64,000 bases of DNA from Spirochaetaceae bacterium. Lineage in GTDB: Bacteria; Spirochaetota; Spirochaetia; DSM-2461. The position numbers and the translations under genes were made by a program. Below the pieces are notes generated by a model that was not told the DNA's origin, ran no database searches, and worked only from the letters and a program-made list of their open reading frames with translations. Where the stretch lies: assembly GCA_965224705.1 (NCBI GenBank), contig OZ245056.1, positions 1,792,001 through 1,856,000 on the forward strand, in the 5' to 3' direction. Each line of letters opens with the position of its first letter. The first letter of the stretch is position 1. This document shows, piece by piece, positions 59,927 to 64,000 of the stretch.

Positions 59927-60968
59927 ATCAAAGCAATTATTTGAACTCTACCGTATTGGTCTGGCGGTACTCATTTCCCTGGGCATTGCCGTCATCATTA
60001 TCATTCTGGTGAGCGAAAATCCCGGTGAAGCGTTGAAAATTTTTCTTTTCGGACCTGTGGACAGTTTGAGACATTTCGGAAATGTTCTGGAATTAATGGT
60101 TCCGTTAATCTTTACCGGACTGGCCATCACATTGATGTTTGTGGCCTCACAATTCAATCTTGGAGCCGAAGGGGCTTTTTTCTTTGGAGCTGTCGGGGCA
60201 TCATTCATTGCTGTGAACTGGGCACTGCCTGCGGTAATTCATCCCCTGACTGCCATCATCTGGGGGGGCTTCATTGGATCGGTGCTTTGCGGGATTCCCG
60301 GTCTGTTGAAAATCAAGTGGGGAAGCTCTGAACTCGTTTCGTCACTGATGTTCAACTACATAGCCTATTTTTTTGGCCTTTATCTGATCAATTACTTTCT
60401 GCGGGATGTGAATGCTGGAGCAATGGTGTCCTATCCCCTGGCAGAGAGTGCGAAGCTATACCGGCTCATACCCAAAACAAAAGTACACTTTGGCATTGTT
60501 GTCGCTGGTCTGACGGCGGTATTCACCAGTGTTTTCCTGTTTCGAACCCGGTGGGGTTACCGCATTCGTGTTATTGGTTTGAATACGCGTTTTGCCGAAT
60601 ATGCAGGAATCAATACGGCGGCCACCATTGTTTTGAGTCAGTTCCTTGGCGGTTTCATTGCTGGTATGGGAGGTGCTGTTGAGGTATTGGGGATGTATCG
60701 ACGCTTCACCTGGCAGATTTTGCCGGGTTATGGATGGGCTGGAATTATCGTCGCCATTCTGGCTCGAAACAATCCAATCTATGTTCCGGCAGCGGCTTTT
60801 TTTCTTGCCTGGCTTCGTATCGGGGCCGATTTAATGTCCCGGGCGACCGATGTTCCCAATGAGTTTGCCGCCATCATTCAGGGTGTTATGGTGATTCTTA
60901 TTACGGCTGAAAGCTTTCTGGCAAAATACAGACATAAAGTGGTGGTTAAGGAAGCACAGAATGATTGA
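59919..60968 (+). CDS. Nucleoside ABC permease 1
   Basis: FNLGAEG, SELVSSLMFNY, GYGWAGIIVAILARNNP. Confidence 0.92.
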   Translation: MNRSKQLFELYRIGLAVLISLGIAVIIIILVSENPGEALKIFLFGPVDSLRHFGNVLELMVPLIFTGLAITLMFVASQFNLGAEGAFFFGAVGASFIAVNWALPAVIHPLTAIIWGGFIGSVLCGIPGLLKIKWGSSELVSSLMFNYIAYFFGLYLINYFLRDVNAGAMVSYPLAESAKLYRLIPKTKVHFGIVVAGLTAVFTSVFLFRTRWGYRIRVIGLNTRFAEYAGINTAATIVLSQFLGGFIAGMGGAVEVLGMYRRFTWQILPGYGWAGIIVAILARNNPIYVPAAAFFLAWLRIGADLMSRATDVPNEFAAIIQGVMVILITAESFLAKYRHKVVVKEAQND

Positions 60969-61935
60969 TTTCCTGCAGATCGTATTCAATCCACAGTTCG
61001 GCTATGCAATCCTGCGCGTCAGTACGCCCATACTTTTTGCAACTTTGGGGGCATTGATTTCCGATAAGGCAGGGGTAATCAACATCGCATTGGAAGGCAT
61101 CATGCTGATTGCGGCACTTTGCGGCGTTATCTTCTCAGCTCTCAGCGGATCGGCCTTCATTGGTCTTTTTGCGGCCATTCTTTTCGGCGGTCTTGCCGGT
61201 TTGAGTCTGGGATACTTTGCTTTGAAGCTGAAAACTGATGTGATACTGGCCGGGGTGGCCCTGAACCTTATTGCATCAGGCGGAACTATCTTCATACTTT
61301 ATCTGGTGGCTGGCGACAAGGGTATCTCGGCATCTCTGGCCTCCAAAGTTTTGCCAAGAATCGATATACCCCTTCTCAAAAGCATTCCTGGATTGGGCCC
61401 AATCTTCTCCGGGCACAATATTCTAACCTACTTTGCCTTCATCTCGGTCTTCATTGTCTGGTACTTCCTCTACAAGACACCCGCTGGCCTTCGGATCAGG
61501 GCTGTAGGCGAGAATGAACATGCAGCCGACTCAGCGGGAGTCAGTGTTATAAAAACCCGGTACACGGCCCTGGTAATCAGCGGTGTTCTGGCTGGATTCG
61601 GGGGTGCCTATATGTCCATGGGATACGTATCCTGGTTCAGTCGGGATATGACGGCCGGCCGGGGGTTCATTGCCCTGGCTGCCGAGGCAATGGGCGGAGC
61701 AACTCCTGTTGGAAGCATGCTCACCGCCTTACTATTTGGGTTTTTCGATGCTCTGTCCAATTCTCTCCAAATTCTCAAGATCCCATTTGAGTTTGTCGGT
61801 ATGATACCCTATGTGGCGACGGTGATTGGACTTGTTATTTATACGATACGTAAAACAGGAAAACTCCACCGCATACAGACAAGGGCCGCAGAACACATCA
61901 AGGCTACCGTAAGTTCAGGCTCAGACAGCCGCTGA
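60961..61935 (+). CDS. Nucleoside ABC permease 2
   Basis: GVINIALEGIML, GLRIRAVGE, AGRGFIALAA. Confidence 0.92.
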   Translation: MIDFLQIVFNPQFGYAILRVSTPILFATLGALISDKAGVINIALEGIMLIAALCGVIFSALSGSAFIGLFAAILFGGLAGLSLGYFALKLKTDVILAGVALNLIASGGTIFILYLVAGDKGISASLASKVLPRIDIPLLKSIPGLGPIFSGHNILTYFAFISVFIVWYFLYKTPAGLRIRAVGENEHAADSAGVSVIKTRYTALVISGVLAGFGGAYMSMGYVSWFSRDMTAGRGFIALAAEAMGGATPVGSMLTALLFGFFDALSNSLQILKIPFEFVGMIPYVATVIGLVIYTIRKTGKLHRIQTRAAEHIKATVSSGSDSR

Positions 61936-62062
61936 AATTCTTCTGCTTCTGTATGGAGTTGGAGAACAGTATTTTGAATCTCTCTATAAATTGTTTTCTT
62001 ACTATGTCTACCGAGTGTCCGGAAGCATGTTAAAATGGGGGCATCTCTTTCTTCTGCCATCC

Positions 62063-62656
62063 TTACTCATTACTACTGTTATCTTCCTGTGCCAATCGTT
62101 TCAATTCCTGCATTGCGGCATCACACCATTCCAACTCCGCAGTGTAGAACCTCAAGCCAAAATCCAATGATAGCTTCCAATAGGGGATTTCAGACTGGAT
62201 TTCTGGTTGAGACTCATTGCTTAATTCCTCAGTAAGGTAGGTATTGATATCGTCGAGATTGTGGAGAACATCTTCACAGTGAGTTTTTCGATGTTCAATC
62301 TTTTCTATGAGTTTTTTCGGACTCAGCATATTGCCGTAGAACACCTGGAGAAGAAGTTCCTCTCTAAGCTTCCTGATTTCAGGTATCTGATGGAGCCAGT
62401 CTTTGAATTCCTGACGCCCGGCATCGGTGATGGTGTATACTTTTTTGTCCGGGCGGCTTTCCTGTTGGAACTTCTCCATAGTTACTGCGCCCTCAGCTTC
62501 CATTTTCTTCAGTAATGGATAGATGTTGCTGTAGTTCTCCGACCAGAAATGACTGATTGATTTATCACACAGGTTCTTAATCTCATACCCGCTCATGGAT
62601 GTCATGTTGAGCATTCCAAGTAAGGCATAACGGCTTTTGCTTTTTCTAGGCAACAA
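62063..62656 (-). CDS. PadR-family regulator with AphA-like C-terminal domain (start TTG 62656 or 62653)
   Basis: ALLGML..MSGYEIK..FW..IYPLL..RPDKKVYTITDAG. Confidence 0.92.
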   Translation of the reverse strand: MLPRKSKSRYALLGMLNMTSMSGYEIKNLCDKSISHFWSENYSNIYPLLKKMEAEGAVTMEKFQQESRPDKKVYTITDAGRQEFKDWLHQIPEIRKLREELLLQVFYGNMLSPKKLIEKIEHRKTHCEDVLHNLDDINTYLTEELSNESQPEIQSEIPYWKLSLDFGLRFYTAELEWCDAAMQELKRLAQEDNSSNE

Positions 62657-62848
62657 TGTGTCCTTTACAGTAATTGAGAAGATTGCTGGAAGACAGCAGG
62701 CCGGTATTTCTACAGGATATCATGTGATCTGGACCTGCACTATAAGAAATAATAGTTCTCACAACCCTCCGGTTACCCCAATATACAGGAAGCAGAAAAA
62801 AGAGTCCAGCAAAGAAAAAAAGAATATTTACAAAAAAAATATAAATAA

Positions 62849-62877
62849 TTGACATATTCCATTAATGTACATATATT
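62849..62877 (+). promoter_or_regulatory. Sigma70 promoter
   Basis: TTGACA-17-TATATT. Confidence 0.65.
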
Positions 62878-62932
62878 GTTATGCATAAGATGAACGATCA
62901 GTTCATTCACAAAAAGACAGAAGAGGTGAATA

Positions 62933-63673
62933 ATGAAATTTACAATACTATTGATGATTTTGGTGGTGACTGGTATGACAGGTTTGGCTGGCGAGGCGAT
63001 CTGGGACACTTTCTATGAAATGGCAGGATCCCGGGAAGAAGCCGAGGCCACAAGCCTGGATTCCACCGATGCTCAGGCCCTGAAAAAGGCGGGTGTCTAT
63101 TACTTCGCCCTGGTGAACGGTGTGAATTCAGTCAAAATAGATAAAAAGAACAGAGTTGATAATGCTAAAACAGCGATGGATTACTTTGAAGCGGCCTATA
63201 CACAGGATAGGAAGAATCCCGAATTAGGAACCTGGAGAGCCACATCGACATTGTCGTACGCCGGTGCTGTAAAAAAACTGTCAATTAAGATCAAGTACTC
63301 CAATATGGGGATTTCTTATTATAACCAGGTACCCACAGGTCAGAGGAACAATCTGGATTACCTGGCCATGCGCATCATTTCTTACAGCCAGGTCCCGAAA
63401 AGTTTTAAGAATCTAACAGATATCGTTAAAAGTGATGCTGAGAACTACATGACTATCTATAACTCCTTGACTCAGAATCCAGGAACACATGAATACCTTA
63501 AGGAAACAGTCAAGGTTATGCATGCTTATGCTTATTTTATTACTGGGAAAAGAGATATCGCAAAGAAACATGTACTCACCGTTGATGAAGATCTATTGCT
63601 GAGAGGTCAGGGAGCGGATACCACAACAGCTGATTACTTCTTTCGAATGAAGAAAAAACTGAAAATCAAGTAG
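62933..63673 (+). CDS. Hypothetical exported helical protein
   Basis: GAGG RBS, signal peptide, no recognised domain. Confidence 0.7.
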   Translation: MKFTILLMILVVTGMTGLAGEAIWDTFYEMAGSREEAEATSLDSTDAQALKKAGVYYFALVNGVNSVKIDKKNRVDNAKTAMDYFEAAYTQDRKNPELGTWRATSTLSYAGAVKKLSIKIKYSNMGISYYNQVPTGQRNNLDYLAMRIISYSQVPKSFKNLTDIVKSDAENYMTIYNSLTQNPGTHEYLKETVKVMHAYAYFITGKRDIAKKHVLTVDEDLLLRGQGADTTTADYFFRMKKKLKIK

Positions 63674-63692
63674 GAGGAAGAGATAACTATTG

Positions 63693-64000
63693 ATGAACAA
63701 GTCAACCATTGTCAAAGTTGAAAATCTTCATAAATCCTATGTCATGGGCAAAATCAAAGTACCGGCACTCAGAGGACTAAGCTATGCTTTCAAGGAAGGC
63801 TTCACTGTTGTAGCAGGACCTTCGGGGAGTGGAAAGAGCACTCTTCTCAACATCCTGGGATGCCTGGATTCGCCAACTTCAGGGGATGTACATCTTGGAG
63901 GTGAAAACGTTACAAGGCTGGATGAGGCTGCCCGCAGCCGTTTAAGGCGCAACTACATCGGATTCATCTTCCAGAGTTTCAGTCTTATTCCTGTCTTATC
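63693..64000 (+). CDS. LolD/MacB-type ABC ATP-binding protein (partial)
   Basis: Manual translation MNKSTIVKVENLHKSYVMG..GPSGSGKSTLLNILGCLDSPTSG..IGFIFQSF. Confidence 0.92.
   Translation, partial: MNKSTIVKVENLHKSYVMGKIKVPALRGLSYAFKEGFTVVAGPSGSGKSTLLNILGCLDSPTSGDVHLGGENVTRLDEAARSRLRRNYIGFIFQSFSLIPVL

Overview
This is a bacterial chromosomal segment, most likely from a free-living spirochaete (Spirochaetales). That is inferred from AGGQRE/AEG-type signal peptides on solute-binding proteins, an LPP20 lipoprotein, a bactofilin-TPR-DUF2259 cluster and a degenerate HisI-HisE. About 15.1-64 kb is mostly housekeeping: thiI, trpE-trpGD-trpCF-trpB-trpA, ahcY, a diguanylate cyclase, tyrA, proS, a GH13 amylase, lysA, pyrC, hisA, hisIE, ABC exporters, trpS, a beta-barrel OMP and a BMP nucleoside ABC importer. 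About 1.4-15.1 kb is an accessory patch: nested inverted repeats, an AAA/PD-(D/E)XK protein, a compositionally foreign aldehyde dehydrogenase + DUF779 pair, a two-Ig-domain lipoprotein, a GT-C-like membrane protein, an orphan YefM antitoxin, and a KAP-NTPase + NACHT-NTPase operon that is a candidate defence system. Highlights: (1) the KAP gene is split at an in-phase A_AAA_AAG -1 slippery site; (2) a 161-bp MITE with a 4-bp target duplication sits in frame in the amylase and adds 55 aa, and a sibling rewrites another gene's C-terminus; (3) a RibL-like nucleotidyltransferase is fused to an EamA transporter; (4) several promoters place the start codon exactly 6 nt after the -10 box (probable leaderless mRNAs); (5) a perfect 22-bp palindrome lies at the OMP promoter. 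I saw no tRNA, rRNA, CRISPR array, integrase or transposase. All family calls come from motif recognition by eye, not database searches.
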